A stretch of DNA of 64,000 nucleotides from Octopus sinensis (GCF_006345805.1 NC_043012.1:13578001-13642000); one strand, 5' to 3'. Positions 1-12,348 are shown, counted from the first letter of the stretch. Numbers and translations: made by a program. Notes: generated by a model from the sequence alone, not told the origin.

Positions 1-99
1 TTTCTATATATACAATGAATGGAACACCGAAATTCAACAAAGTTAGAATGATGAGGTCAGCTAAAATAAATAATGTAGGAAGTATATAAAATATAACTA

Positions 100-300
100 T
101 ATGATATAACTAAAATTATAATCAGAGGAATTATAAAGAATTGTAAGCGAGGAATGAAGCAGCAGGAGATTTAAAGATTTCATAGAAATATTTGGAGGAA
201 TGGTCGGTGAAGTAAAACCAAGACGTATTCAACAAGAGTAATCTTCTATTTAGCGTTATCAAGTCGGCAAAAATCTCGCAAAAGATATTTCAATTTACAA
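100..300 (+). mobile_element. Possible highly decayed R4/Dong-like LINE 3' end
   Basis: Fragmentary translation (..RFKDFIEIFG..VK..IQ../..SAKISQKIF) loosely resembles the ..LQKTALLGTARILRKVL C-terminus seen in better copies in this window; many stops and frameshifts. Confidence 0.2.
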
Positions 301-515
301 GAATTTTATTCAGAGACAGACTTCATATCAAATATACTTACTAGCAGATTGAACGGGAGTTAGTATACACATAACAGCACAGAAAGTAGGCATATACACC
401 AATATATTAGTATAAAAATGCACACACACGTATATGATCACAAAAGCCCTCACAGGTACACACACATATATAGACATTCACACACTCGGACTAATATATA
501 TCAACTTATATGACT

Positions 516-569
<54 letters not shown>

Positions 570-956
570 AGGTATATACAGGGAGGGAAATGAGGTGGCA
601 AATATACTGTCGTCTAAATTAAGCAAAAGTGAAAATGACGCTGACATCTAATTTTAATAGATACATTTACCTAATTACATAAAAAAATATCTGAAAATAG
701 TAAAGAGAGAAATTTATTCAATAAAATCGCCATAGGTTACAACATAGGTTACGCACATACTCACACCAACATAGATACACACACATAAGGACACACACAT
801 ATACATATATATTCATACATATAATCCATTTATATATACGATTCATTAAAAAATATTTAATAATAACATGCGGCAGATTCAATGTAATAGAAGTGTTTAA
901 TCTCCTTAGCTACTGGCACGTATTCCATCTGCCTCTCTCTCTTCTATCTTGTCAAA

Positions 957-1012
<56 letters not shown>

Positions 1013-1407
1013 ATACATATAGATAATAAATATATAAATTTAGATATAAATATATTTATAAGTAGATATATAAAGTATATATATGTGTGTGTGTGTGTGT
1101 ATGTGTGTGTATGCATGTATGTATGTAATGTATGTATATATAAATGTGTATAAATGTGAGTTTCAAATGCCGGAGCTAAAGGTTTCGAGGTATTTTCATC
1201 GGCTATTTTTACGATAGACGCTATGAAAAAACCCTTGAATGAAAGGGAAGTTACTCTAATAGGCAGGAAAACATATATAATGTATAAATTATATTTTAAA
1301 AAATCAAGTATATAAACGTGTATAAAAATACACACATCCACATTCGCAGAATAGATAGAAACCTTCTGCTTTCTTGAAATCAACATCTATATATACACAC
1401 ACAGACA

Positions 1408-1434
<27 letters not shown>

Positions 1435-1438
<4 letters not shown>

Positions 1439-1523
1439 TAATAGTTATCGCCATACTATTATGGTAGTCTATAAATATAAGAGTAAGGCTGTCGCTGATT
1501 AGTATGGCGATAACTATTAATAT
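1435..1523. repeat. Perfect 24-bp inverted repeat with 41-nt spacer
   Basis: 1435-1458 (ATATTAATAGTTATCGCCATACTA) is the exact reverse complement of 1500-1523. Confidence 0.9.
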
Positions 1524-1928
1524 CCAGTAAAGCTGCCGTAATCTCCTTTAGAGATACTTAGTTAATTTTAATATTTCTATTATATATATATATATATGTA
1601 TATATAAATATATATATATGTATATGTATATATAAATATGCATATGTATATATATATATATATAGATAGATAGATATGTCCATACACACTTTTTTACATG
1701 CTCATATAGACATCTCTCTACTCACACACGCATATACTTATACATGTATATGCATATATATGCATAAATATAGACACACACATACGTATATATGCATACG
1801 CAACTTTATCCTCGCATAGATGTATGCCTACATTTATACTAGACATTTATACAAATAAATACACTCATACACAAACATAAGCATATACATATATTCATAC
1901 TTGTGCAGGCATACATTCGCACACGCTG

Positions 1929-2029
<101 letters not shown>

Positions 2030-2054
2030 GTGCTTATGTATAGAGAATTTTCCA

Positions 2055-2590
2055 TTAGACATTTTGCAACAAGTATGGACTTGACAGAGCAAAAGAGTGG
2101 TACGAACATAAACCCGTACACATCATCGAAAATGACAATGCAAAGGTCCTAAGGGATTTTATGATTCAGCACGACCATGAGATAGAGAATAGGAAACTAG
2201 ACACACTGTTAATTGTGAAAGAAAGCAAGCGATGCTGGATCATAGATATAGCATGCCTAGCTGACAACAAAGGATGCGATAAAGAAGAAAGAAGATTCGA
2301 AAGATATAACAGGTTAGCCTGGTAAGTTAGCATGCGAAGTCGATGAAAAATGTTATAGTACTACCAACAAATGTCGGAACCCTGCGAACAGTGAGTAAAA
2401 ATCTTGGAAAATAGATGGAACAAATAGCGGCTGCAATAAGAGTAGAGCATTCAGAGAAAACTGCACTGCGTGGAACAGCCCGAATGCTCCTGATGGTGTT
2501 CGAAAATGAGTAGTATCACGTAGTTCACGGATAGTGAACAGCTGACACCGTAGAACATCTCCAGCGTTAGAAGCTGTAGAAACACAATGT
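2055..2590 (+). mobile_element. R4/Dong-like non-LTR retrotransposon, 5'-truncated 3' end (RLE domain + 3' UTR)
   Basis: Translates FCNKYGLDRAKEWYEHKPVHIIENDNAKVLRDFMIQHDHEIENRKLD..CWIIDIAC..DKEE..RY, then ..VGTLRTVSKNL..RVEHSEKTALRGTARML. This matches the PD-(D/E)xK restriction-like endonuclease end of R4/Dong ORFs; in-frame stops; followed by a (TAA)n tail. Confidence 0.85.
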
Positions 2591-2680
2591 AATAATAATA
2601 ATAATAATAATAATATAATAATAATAATAATGATAATAATAATAATAATAATAATAACAACAACAACAGCAACAATAATG
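2590..2680. repeat. (TAA)n/(CAA)n microsatellite shared as tail by two convergent LINEs
   Basis: Direct reading. Confidence 0.95.
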
Positions 2681-3755
2681 ATTTCTTTTATTTGCCACAA
2701 GGGCGAACGATGAGGCGGACAATACAAAGACAGACATAAGGCGTGGAGATTTACATATAAAGAAATGATATAAAAAAGAGAAAGAAAGAAATCAAGTATA
2801 CACAGTACACACTGAAAACGAAGGAACATATGCAAAGCATACAAAGCTTTTAAGCAAAAATAATAGAAAAAAAAGAGATATGGTCCTCTGGATACAGGAA
2901 GGCCTCTAAGAACCGACATTTCCCTGAAACCCCAGGAGCAAGTGCCATCTCCATTTCCTTCTTTCCGACTCTCAGATCTACATTTAGAGGGGTAGTATCC
3001 ACTTTTACCACTTTCACAACTTTCAACCACCTTTCAATATACTCATATGAGGACAGCACCTCCCTCTCCATTATCCATTTTCTGTTCAAGTAAACTTTTT
3101 AGAAGTTAAAGAGAGCTCTATCTGCCCGATTGAGGGAATGCGGCGGTGCGATCATCATTACAGACACAGCCGAGAGACAGATCTGCCCCTCTAAACACAA
3201 AGGCTGTTCGACATAACCCCACAAGTCAGCAATATCCAGACACTGGTCGAGGGCGTGCATAACAGTTTCGTCACTCTCTTTTGTATCTCATACAAGCCCG
3301 TTTGACAGCGCATCCGTGCCTGTAGAGATTATCTCGAACCAGCGGCGCATACTCGGTAGAACTGCCAGGCCAAGGACATCTAGAAATTATCCTTGATAAT
3401 TCCCGACCGGAGAGACCTCCGGGTGTCCTAGCCGGTTCGTTCTCTTCTATGCCCAAATTTTCACCGAGAACGTCGTCGCATTTGTCCGCCACTAATCCTA
3501 TATAAATTTTTAAACCGAAGCATCTATGTATCTCATTGCCCGACTGATAGAGTTCTGTGAGTGCCTGACGACATTCAAGATGCCAGGCGCCCAGTCTTGG
3601 TCTTTTCTTCTCCCAGAACTGCAACTCCGTCAAGGAGACAACCTTCAGAAAGGCGAGACCCACAAACGAAGCACACACGCTAGCCTGACATTTGTGTGGG
3701 TGACTTCTTATCTGTATTTGTTGTCCGTCACTGGTTGACAACTGGTGTTCCTTTG
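2681..3755 (-). mobile_element. Tx1/L1-like LINE, 3' part of ORF2 (zf-RVT-like region) + 3' UTR
   Basis: Minus ORF 3271-3741 contains PLVRDNLYRHGCAVKRACMRY; the adjacent frame gives ESDETVMHALDQCLDIADLWGYVEQ (LPxRDxLxRHG..CxxC..ETxxHxLxxC motif). The 3' UTR ends ..GCAAATAAAAGAAAT before an (ATT/GTT)n tail. Confidence 0.75.
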
Positions 3756-3985
3756 ACCACGTCGACTTAAATTGTGCAAAAATGATTCAGAGAATATGCA
3801 CCAGAATGGCAAAATGTATTACTGGGGTTAATTCTTTCGACTAAATCCTTCCTAGGTTTGCTCTTGTGTAGCCGGCGTGTAATGATTGAAATAAATAAAT
3901 ATAAAAGATGGCATGTGTATCCAATTGCGTGTGTGGATGTGTTCTTAGTGTGTGTGTGTGCGTGCGTACGTATATGTGTATGTGT

Positions 3986-4018
<33 letters not shown>

Positions 4019-4034
4019 TTAGTGTGTGTGTGTG

Positions 4035-4065
<31 letters not shown>

Positions 4066-4699
4066 ACATTTCTGCATGCAAATACAGACAAGTTATTTTT
4101 GTGTATATAAAACAGAAGTGTTTGTCATTTTCTACATCGCAGTAAAATTTGTTACAAAACATTCCGCATGATCAAAGGATAGGAAAGAGTGTTTCGCGTA
4201 TAGTTTCAATTTATGATACATCACCATTTTATGTGCAGCATATTTTATCAGAAAATAATGACATGATTCTTCATATACCGGGCTAATATCTTCACGGATT
4301 CTCACATAAGAGCAGATGTTCAATAAGGAAAGTAGGTCTAATGTGGAAATAATATACACATTTCTCGAATATATAAAAATATGAATGATAAATATATAAA
4401 AGAGAAATGATAAATGTAACAACAATTCTGTCAGTATGGGGAAACAGAAGAAGTTGATTTTGAGAACGGTTGTTTGTTGGGTAATATTTTGAAATATACC
4501 AGCTGTATTAAAATGTTACATGTGGCATGTTTGTAGCACGAATGTAGCAAGTACAACATGAGTTTAACACAGTGGCAGATTAAAAACAAAGACCTATAGG
4601 TATTAGGTAGAGGGAAACATGGTTCGCTGCCACCATTTCATCCGAAGTGGGAACTCATCATCTGCTCGGTCATAGATTTGCCCGCTAGAACAGAGCCTT

Positions 4700-4835
4700 T
4701 AAGGTGTTTCAGTCGAATATGTCGTGATCCCACGACATATTCTTTGTAAGTCTAGTACTTATTCTACCAGTCTCTTTTGCCGAACAGCTATGTTACATGG
4801 ACATAATCATACAAATACTGGTCATCAAACGATAG
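4700..4835 (-). mobile_element. Decayed fragment of SINE family 1 (OK-type)
   Basis: TTCTTTGTAAGTCTAGTACTTATTCTACCAGTCTCTTTTGCCGAAC matches the central part of the copy at 42616-43033. Confidence 0.65.
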
Positions 4836-6214
4836 CTAAGCTAGAGGACAAACATATTACAAAATAATAAGTACTAATGTAAGTACTAATTTCATTTGGA
4901 TGTTAACTCTGGCGCATACACTAACCACGAAAGTTCAAATCACGAATTGATTTTTATTTCACCATTAAAGGTTATACAAAGAAGGGACAGAAACGGGGTC
5001 GGAAGGATTCACAACGAAGTTAAAATGTAATGAGAATATAGAATGTAATGGATGATAATGATAAAGTGAGGGACCCGTGTGACCTCTCAAACCACGTTCC
5101 GCCACTGAACATATTATGACCCTTTTTGTTCTCCCTTAAGCAGGAACATCCACTCTCAAAATGCTTGCCACGTTCGTCCATCCTTTCTCATATATACTGA
5201 TTGCCAAGCATCTGCTCTTCAGCCTTTTTTGTTTCCTTTTAGGGTGGAAAATGAAAAAACAGTTTACCAAACACAGGCTGGAGTTGAAGATGCCTGTCTC
5301 TACTCCTTTCAGGCGTGTTCTCCATATAAACTCTTTTCACACAGCCACTACAGAAAGAAAACAGACCTCCCGTTCCCTGTTCAGAGAGGATAGTGAAGCA
5401 ATCTTTATTATTGACTCGGAAGACAGTTGTAATCTTCCAAAAATGACAACATTGGTTCAACATAAACCCACAATCCAAAATTTTCGGAAATCACTCAAAG
5501 ATTACTGTTTGAACATCGAATCTATCTAGATTTTCAATCAAAAAACGTTGACTACACCCATACAACCCTTCTTTAATGAATGCAAAATAATAAAATGCAA
5601 GCCCGAGAAATGCAGTTATGATTTTTACTGAAAGTGAAAAGCAGCTTCTGGGTTTTCAGTTAAAAACATTGACTACTACAGAAATTTGACCACACAATTT
5701 GACCATACAAGAACCAGACCTCTTTATATTACCTACATTAATGAATACAAAAAAAATAAAGAAACAAGACATAGAAATGCAATTATAATTTTTGCTGAAG
5801 AAAGTAAAAAACAACACATAGCTCTTCAAATAGAAACCTTAACCAATTCAAATACAAAAATTCTTTTTCCTTCCACACCCTAAAATATCACTAATTATGA
5901 AAAAAAATCTGACCATACTACTACAAAAGCCATACCTCTTTAACTCCCCTCCTTCTCAAACTTTTTTTCTTTTCTTCTCCCTTGCTTGGCAAACTGCACA
6001 AGTTTTTATATATATAAAAAAAAGGCGAAGAAATTTAAATTTTAAACCACTTTTTCATAAATCCGATAACGGAAGAAAGCGCTATAAGTGCAAATAAAAT
6101 GTAAATAGAAATATATATAATCATCCAAAGGTCTGACCTTATTACTCTAAATATGCAATACCTGAACATCACATAAAAAATCTCTGTCTCTTTCTCTCTC
6201 TTTCTCTCTCTCTC

Positions 6215-6274
<60 letters not shown>

Positions 6275-6275
<1 letters not shown>

Positions 6276-6890
6276 CTCTTTCACTCTGTTACTCATTTAT
6301 TCGGTTCAGCAATGCAGCCGCAGTCATGCTGGAGCATCCCTACGATCTTTCCGACTTTCTCAGTCTGGGTATTTCGTATCACCACTCGTGTATAGGCCTT
6401 TGCTCCAGCTGTTGGTACATTTGGTTTATAAGGGACTTTGATTCCGTTGCCATCGCCTGTAACTCGGTAACTCATGTGGGTTGTTGGTTCATCCGGTATT
6501 GTTGAGAGGAAGATGTCTAGTTCCTTTCAGAAGACATCTACTTTCACCTCATGCAAATTTCTTAATTTTTTTTTTTTTTTGTGGGGGAGGCATTGAATAG
6601 GTGTGGCTCTTTGAACCCTACACTATTGCTGTGCCTAGTTCCGAATTTAGATGGAGTAGATGGTACCTTTGGTACAATACAATGGCGGCCAGTTCTGGCG
6701 TTTGTATAAACTCAATGCCAAATTTAGGTATTAGACCTTCTATGATTTTCCATATGTGTTTCATTGCGCATCTCTCACGCCTTCGCTTCAGGGAGTAAAG
6801 CTGTTGTTTTCTCGCCCTATCCTTGTGGCTCATACGCTGCACTATTTCAATCTTTTTAGTGTAGAGGCATTGGACTGCTTCAAGCATATA
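6275..6890 (-). mobile_element. CR1/L2-group LINE 3' end
   Basis: Minus ORF LEAVQCLYTKKI..MSHKDRARKQQLYSLKRRRERCAMKHIWKIIEGLIPKFGI matches the CR1 motif LExVQRRxTK..LYSLERRRERY..WKI; the tail ends in GAGTA repeats. Confidence 0.8.
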
Positions 6891-7282
6891 TATATATGTG
6901 TGTGTGTGTGTATTTATATTTATATATTGCTTCTCATGTTTTTAATGTTCTGTTTAGGCTACTGCGTTCCAGACTATTAGGAAATAGTGTTTAGCGTCAA
7001 CCGTAGCTTTGTGTAAAATGTCACTCACATCTGTAATACAATACATTTAGTTCAGCTTGACTGTCGTGTTACTCCGACCATTTTGGACCAAATGTAATCT
7101 AAATACATATATAGATCGGCTACAGCTATGTAAAAATCAGACGGGAATTGCTATTGCTCTCCAGAGATTAAACCCCGCCATAGACACACGCAAAGCTCTT
7201 TTTTCCAATTCTGACAGAAACGAATAGGTTTACGGTATCCCACCTCTTGAAAGTAGACACAAATTTTTTGAATAATTTAATT

Positions 7283-7384
7283 GTTCTTTTGGTGTATACT
7301 GTACTTAGCTTGCTGGGTTATACTTCAGTTCTTTTGGTGTATACTGTACTTAGCTTGCTGGGTTATACTTCAGTTCTTTTGGTG
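7283..7384. repeat. 45-bp perfect tandem duplication (about 2.3 units)
   Basis: GTTCTTTTGGTGTATACTGTACTTAGCTTGCTGGGTTATACTTCA starts at 7283 and 7328; a third partial unit starts at 7373. Confidence 0.95.
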
Positions 7385-8116
7385 GGTTTATATCGATATT
7401 CCGTTTTACTTTGTTATTACACAAACACCGCCAGTGTTTTCTGTTCCAGTTTTCAATTTTCCTTTCATTTTGCTTTCAGTGATGTATGTCATACTATGCA
7501 TTAAGTCTTCAATAAGAAATATTTTCAATATTTTCTGAAAGATTTAGCAGTCTGAATAATAGACTTTCAATATCCCAGAAATTTATTGCACAAACTTCAA
7601 TATATTATATTTCAGGGCCATATCTGCAATAGGAATACGCTTGCATAATGATAAATCGGATAAAAATGCTCATATGAAAATACTTTGAAGAATAAAAACG
7701 AAAAAAATGTCACTGACATCTCATGGTTCCATTCTCAACTTCTATACATGCTTTTAGAGCTAATATTCAAATAACATCCATAAAATCATTATGCTTATAC
7801 AAAAGTACCCAGCGAATGTGAAGGAGAGTATAAACAGATTCATGAGGAAAAAAATTTGAAATATCATACGCAAAAGGTCTTTGCCGTTTCAAATATGACA
7901 TATAGTAGAAGAAAAGGATTTTGTACTACACACATATATATACATAGAGCAGATATGCAGGAAAATTACGTGGATAAACCAGTTCACCACAACAGATCGG
8001 GTTTCATATGCAATACACCCACGCAAACACGCAAACACACGCACACACACGCATATATATAAGTATACATGCAAACAGAAAGGAAGCAAAGACTGAAGAT
8101 TTTCAATCAATGGATA

Positions 8117-8459
8117 AAAGAAAAGACCCCCTTCGGTCATGAATGACCATGGGATTGCACCTAGAAAGTTACCCTCCTAAACACAAGTCCGGGCAAGGTT
8201 GTTTATGGAAGACCAGCAGTCACCCATGCATACCAGCCTCCCCTCTCCACGCCACCAGTGTTATCCAAGGGAAAGACAAAGGTCGATACAGCTTGGCACC
8301 AGTGACGTCGCAACTCATTTCTACAGCTGAGTGAATTGGAGCAACGTGAAAAATAAAGTGCTTTGCTCAAGAACACAACACGCAGCCCGGTCCGGGATTC
8401 GAGCTCACAACCTCACGATCGTAAGCTCGACGCTCTAACCACTGAGCCATGCGCCTTCA
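8117..8459 (-). mobile_element. Full-length tRNA-derived SINE (family 3) with 13-bp target-site duplication
   Basis: Minus strand starts GAAGGCGCATGGCTCAGTGGTTAGAGCG (A box) .. GCTCGAATCC (B box), then TTCTTGAGCAAAGCACTTT. TSD CAATCAATGGATA at 8104-8116 and 8460-8472. Confidence 0.9.
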
Positions 8460-8672
8460 CAATCAATGGATATTTAAGTATAAATATGTAGATAGTTTAT
8501 ATATTAATTGATCAAATTTACACAGAAAACAAGCCATAGAGAAAATTATAGGAGAGGTAAAATAAGGCGTTTTAAATCCCTCAGCTGTTTGTGTGGGCTC
8601 GGAGATCCACCATAATATTGGCATATGTAGTGCACCGAAATATACAGCCAATAATGGAAACAAATTAACATA

Positions 8673-9090
8673 GGCGCAGGAGTGGCTGTGTGGTAAGTAG
8701 CTTGCTAACCAACCACATGGTTCCGGGTTCAGTCCCACTGCGTGGCATCTTGGGCAAGTGTCTTCTGCTATAGCCCCGGGCCGACCAATGCCTTGTGAGT
8801 GGATTTGGTAGACGGAAACTGAAAGAAGCCTGTCGTATATATGTATATATATATGTATGTGTGTGTGTGCTTGTGTGTCTGTGTTTGTCCCCCTAGCACT
8901 GCTTGACAACCGATGCTGGTGTGTTTACGTCCCCGTCACTTAGCGGTTCGGCAAAAAGAGACCAATAGAATAAGTACTGGGCTTACAAAAGAATAAGTCC
9001 CGGGGTCGAGTTGCTCGATTAAAGGTGGTGCTCCAGCATGGCCGCAGTCAAATGACTGAAACAAGTAATAGAGTAAAAGAGTAAAGAGTA
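8673..9090 (+). mobile_element. Full-length tRNA-derived SINE family 1 (octopus OK-like) with internal TA/TG microsatellite
   Basis: GGCGCAGGAGTGGCTGTGTGGTAAG (A box), GGTTCAGTCCC (B box), CORE-like CTTGGGCAAGTG, tail GGTGCTCCAGCATGGCCGCAGTCAAATGACTGAAACAAG(TAAAAGAG)n; several copies in window. Confidence 0.9.
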
Positions 9091-9994
9091 TTGAATATAT
9101 CGAACTTCCACCATGAGAGTAACCAGCGGATTGGTCCCTCGTAAAGTCATTGAAGTCTAAGTTCGAATCATCTGAACGCTTCCAAGTGTCTCCTATACCT
9201 AGAATATCTGAATCTCATGGGTTGACAAATTATAGAACGATACATATTGATGAAAACAGACATGCATTTATGCTTGTATATGTATATTACGAGTTACATG
9301 TATCTGTCGTATTAGTGGTATTTCATTTAGTACGCTATAAGTAAAATGATATAAACTACATGTACATAGCTATACTGAATAATACGGTTGTAGGAAATCA
9401 GAAACAGGAATTCAAGTTTTCAGGGCAAAAATAGGATTATCATAGCACCTGTCTAATATTTGGTTTTCATTTTCGTATTTTAACCGGGTTTACAACAGGT
9501 GAAGAAGTGTAGCGCTCATCAGTCCTGTTTGTAAGTCCCCATAATCCTGTATTTCCGAAGAGATTGAGGTCTTCCCCTTTAGTGATCAGACGCGATTTGT
9601 CTGTATACGCACATATATTTTCGTACTGTTATTAATATCGTGTACATTAAATGAGACGTATCTGCATGTATGTCTGTATATGTGTGTGTGTATACATACT
9701 TTAGCTTGAAAACATAATTTTCGCTTTCATTTTACTGACTATTCAAGATTCTCGCCTGCACTATATTCTAATCCGTTTATCTAAATTGCTTTCTGAAATA
9801 TTTACTAATTTAATCTACCGATTAGCAGTATGTTCCTTTGAGCTCCATAATTAATGAAAACACTGGAACTGCATCGGAGAGGATACAATGTAATTAAGTT
9901 TACTTATGTAGATTAAATAGACACATACATAGCATCAGTATCCACGTGTCTGTGCACCTATGCACAGACACACGTACACTCACACATACGTACG

Positions 9995-10058
<64 letters not shown>

Positions 10059-10249
10059 CCCACTCTCTCATATGTAGCTCATTCAAATACGCATCTATAT
10101 GAATATAAACGTATATCGTTAAATGTAAACAAATAAACCTAATTACTGTTTATACTCGACGATGTCGTTTCCGTTTTCTAATTATTTATGACGCTAAGTT
10201 ATATGCATTTCTAGTTGATTGGCCTTTTTTTACACATACCAATGTATAT

Positions 10250-10282
10250 TTACTACTATAATATGTATATATATATATATTC

Positions 10283-10360
<78 letters not shown>

Positions 10361-10375
10361 GTATGTATATGCATG

Positions 10376-10407
<32 letters not shown>

Positions 10408-10537
10408 TATATACATATATATATGTATATATATACATATATATATATATATAATTTATATATATATATATATATATATATATCTGTAATATATATATAT
10501 ATATATAATATATATATATATAATATATATATATAAT

Positions 10538-10568
<31 letters not shown>

Positions 10569-10657
10569 TATATTATATGCATGTGTATGTTGTATATATA
10601 TGTATGTATATATATATATATACATATATATATGTATATATATACATATATATATAT

Positions 10658-10700
<43 letters not shown>

Positions 10701-10766
10701 TATATATATATCTAAATATATATATATATAATATATATATTATATATAATATATATATCTATATAT

Positions 10767-10810
<44 letters not shown>
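10250..10810. repeat. Long interrupted (TA)n tract with internal higher-order duplication
   Basis: Direct reading; the variant block at ~10365-10450 recurs at ~10575-10660. Confidence 0.9.
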
Positions 10811-10811
<1 letters not shown>

Positions 10812-11109
10812 AGACAATGTAGATGATGCTAACCTAATTTTATCATGAAATACATCTTGTAAAGTTTAAAACAGGTTTCAGAATTTTCGACTTTTTCAAC
10901 TAAGAGTAAATGAAGAAAAACAATTAGATTGAGGCAAAAAGTAAAATGAAATGTTTTGTAAATATTTCCAACGTCTTCAAATAGGTAAGAATTTTTCCTG
11001 TTTTTCTGCCTCTCTCGCTTTTACTTTGTGAAACCTCGGTAAGCAGTAGCAGATCTGAAGAAACAGTGAAGAGAAGTGTTTGGTTCTCAAATCTGATAGT
11101 TTAAGTAGC

Positions 11110-11415
11110 AAGAGCAACCAAGGAAGTAGAGGGCGAAGAAGAAGACGAAAGAGAAGAAGAAGAAGAAGAAGAAGAAGAAGAAGAAGAAGAAGAAGAAGAA
11201 GAAGAGAAGAAGAGAAGAAGAAGAAGGAGAAGAAGAAGAAGAGAGAAAGAAGAAGGAGAAGAAGAAGAAGGAAAGAAGAAGAGAAGAAGAAGAAGAAGAA
11301 TAAGAAGAAGACGAAAGAGAAGAAGAAGAAGAAGAAGAAGAAGAAGAAGAAGAAGAAGAAGAAGAAGAAGAAGAAGAAGAAGAAGAAGAAGAAGAAGAAG
11401 AAGAAGAAGAAGAAG
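11110..11415 (+). repeat. (GAA)n polypurine tract, about 300 bp
   Basis: Direct reading; explains the poly-K/poly-F ORFs. Confidence 0.95.
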
Positions 11416-11417
11416 CA

Positions 11418-11790
11418 GCGACTATAATCGGGTTGATTAGGAGGCCAGATCTTGGGACTGATGTAATGGAAGAAATTGTTCGGCGACGACTTCAGCATTT
11501 CGGAGGTATGGGAGGATGCCGAATGCAGCTGCCAAACAGAATATGGCATTCCAGCATTAATCCTATTCAGCTAAGGTTTGAACACACTCTCCAGCAGCTT
11601 CACATTGTCTGAATTGAGCAGAATTCCATGTACAAAGATATGAGCCGGCATGACGTCACCCATACCAAATACATGCACAAGATCCACTTGAAATTGGGGG
11701 ATTTTGGCTTTCATTATGACCGTGTCCCATCTTAGAATCTTTGTAATCTTCACGTGGCATTCAGCCAGTCAGGAAGTTGGCATTTTTATT
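11418..11790 (-). mobile_element. IS630/Tc1/mariner transposase relic (catalytic region)
   Basis: Minus frames give VIMKAKIPQ..VHVFGMGDVMPAHIF..GILLNSD.VKLLESVFKP, then GMPYSVWQLHSASSHTS..ISPKIWPPNQPDY (decayed WQQDSAPxHT and WPPNSPD motifs). Confidence 0.75.
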
Positions 11791-11987
11791 CTTGGAGCGA
11801 ATCATCATATCTCTGGTAACTCTTTTCCAATATTCAGGTGGTTTCAAGTCTTTCAAATACAACTTCAGTCTTATGCCCCCTAAAAGGATGTCGACAGATC
11901 TCCAATGTAATAAGATGTTCTTGAGAAAAACAGACATAGATGATCGTCTAATCTTGCCCGAACAACCTATATATACAATTGTACGTA

Positions 11988-12125
11988 TATGATAAGCTTG
12001 CTTCTCAACCACATGGTTCTGGGTTCAGTCACCTTGGGCAAGTGTCTTCTACTATAGCCTTGGGCCGGTCAAAGCCTTATGAGTGGATTTGGTTGACGGA
12101 AACTGAAAGAAGACTGTGGTATATA
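11988..12125 (+). mobile_element. SINE family 1, 5' half
   Basis: CAACCACATGGTTCTGGGTTCAGTCACCTTGGGCAAGTGTCTTCTACTATAGCC..GACGGAAACTGAAAGAAG matches 8700-8830. Confidence 0.85.
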
Positions 12126-12177
12126 CACACACACACACACACATATATACGTTCTCAAAATGCAGCAAGAATATCAC

Positions 12178-12224
12178 AAAAACTGTTACTCAGTGTTTCA
12201 CGTTCCCGTTCGTCAGACACTCTT
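12178..12224 (-). ncRNA. Minimal type I hammerhead ribozyme motif (PLE-type)
   Basis: Minus: AAGAGUGU-CUGACGA-ACG GGAA CGU-GAAAC-ACUGA-GUA-ACAGUUUU. Intact core, 3-bp helix II with GNRA loop, 2-bp helix III, GUA cleavage triplet, helix I with 7 of 8 pairs (one G-U). Confidence 0.7.
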
Positions 12225-12348
12225 GTTTGAATGGAACAAAAATAAGGCTATAAGCAAATATATGCATTTAGTTTAATGTCATTAACATTTCAAAATTACT
12301 CTACTTCTGGTGTTTTTCCAGCTTGTTTCGCCTTTATGTGCTTACTCT

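Noticed and set aside
1165-1208. CCGAUGA..GAAACC motif on the minus strand (similar motif at ~24430-24470)
   Set aside because: No valid GUH triplet or helix III pairing; kept only as weak support for the C4 variant, not called as a ribozyme.
5161-6097. Protein-like short ORFs, possibly a decayed LINE ORF1
   Set aside because: No diagnostic motif recognised; cannot support a call.
8117-9090. tRNA genes
   Set aside because: The tRNA-like A/B-box heads belong to SINEs and lack a complete cloverleaf and acceptor stem.
9440-9560. CUGAUGA on the minus strand near an imperfect inverted repeat
   Set aside because: No correctly placed GAAA, helix II or NUH triplet.
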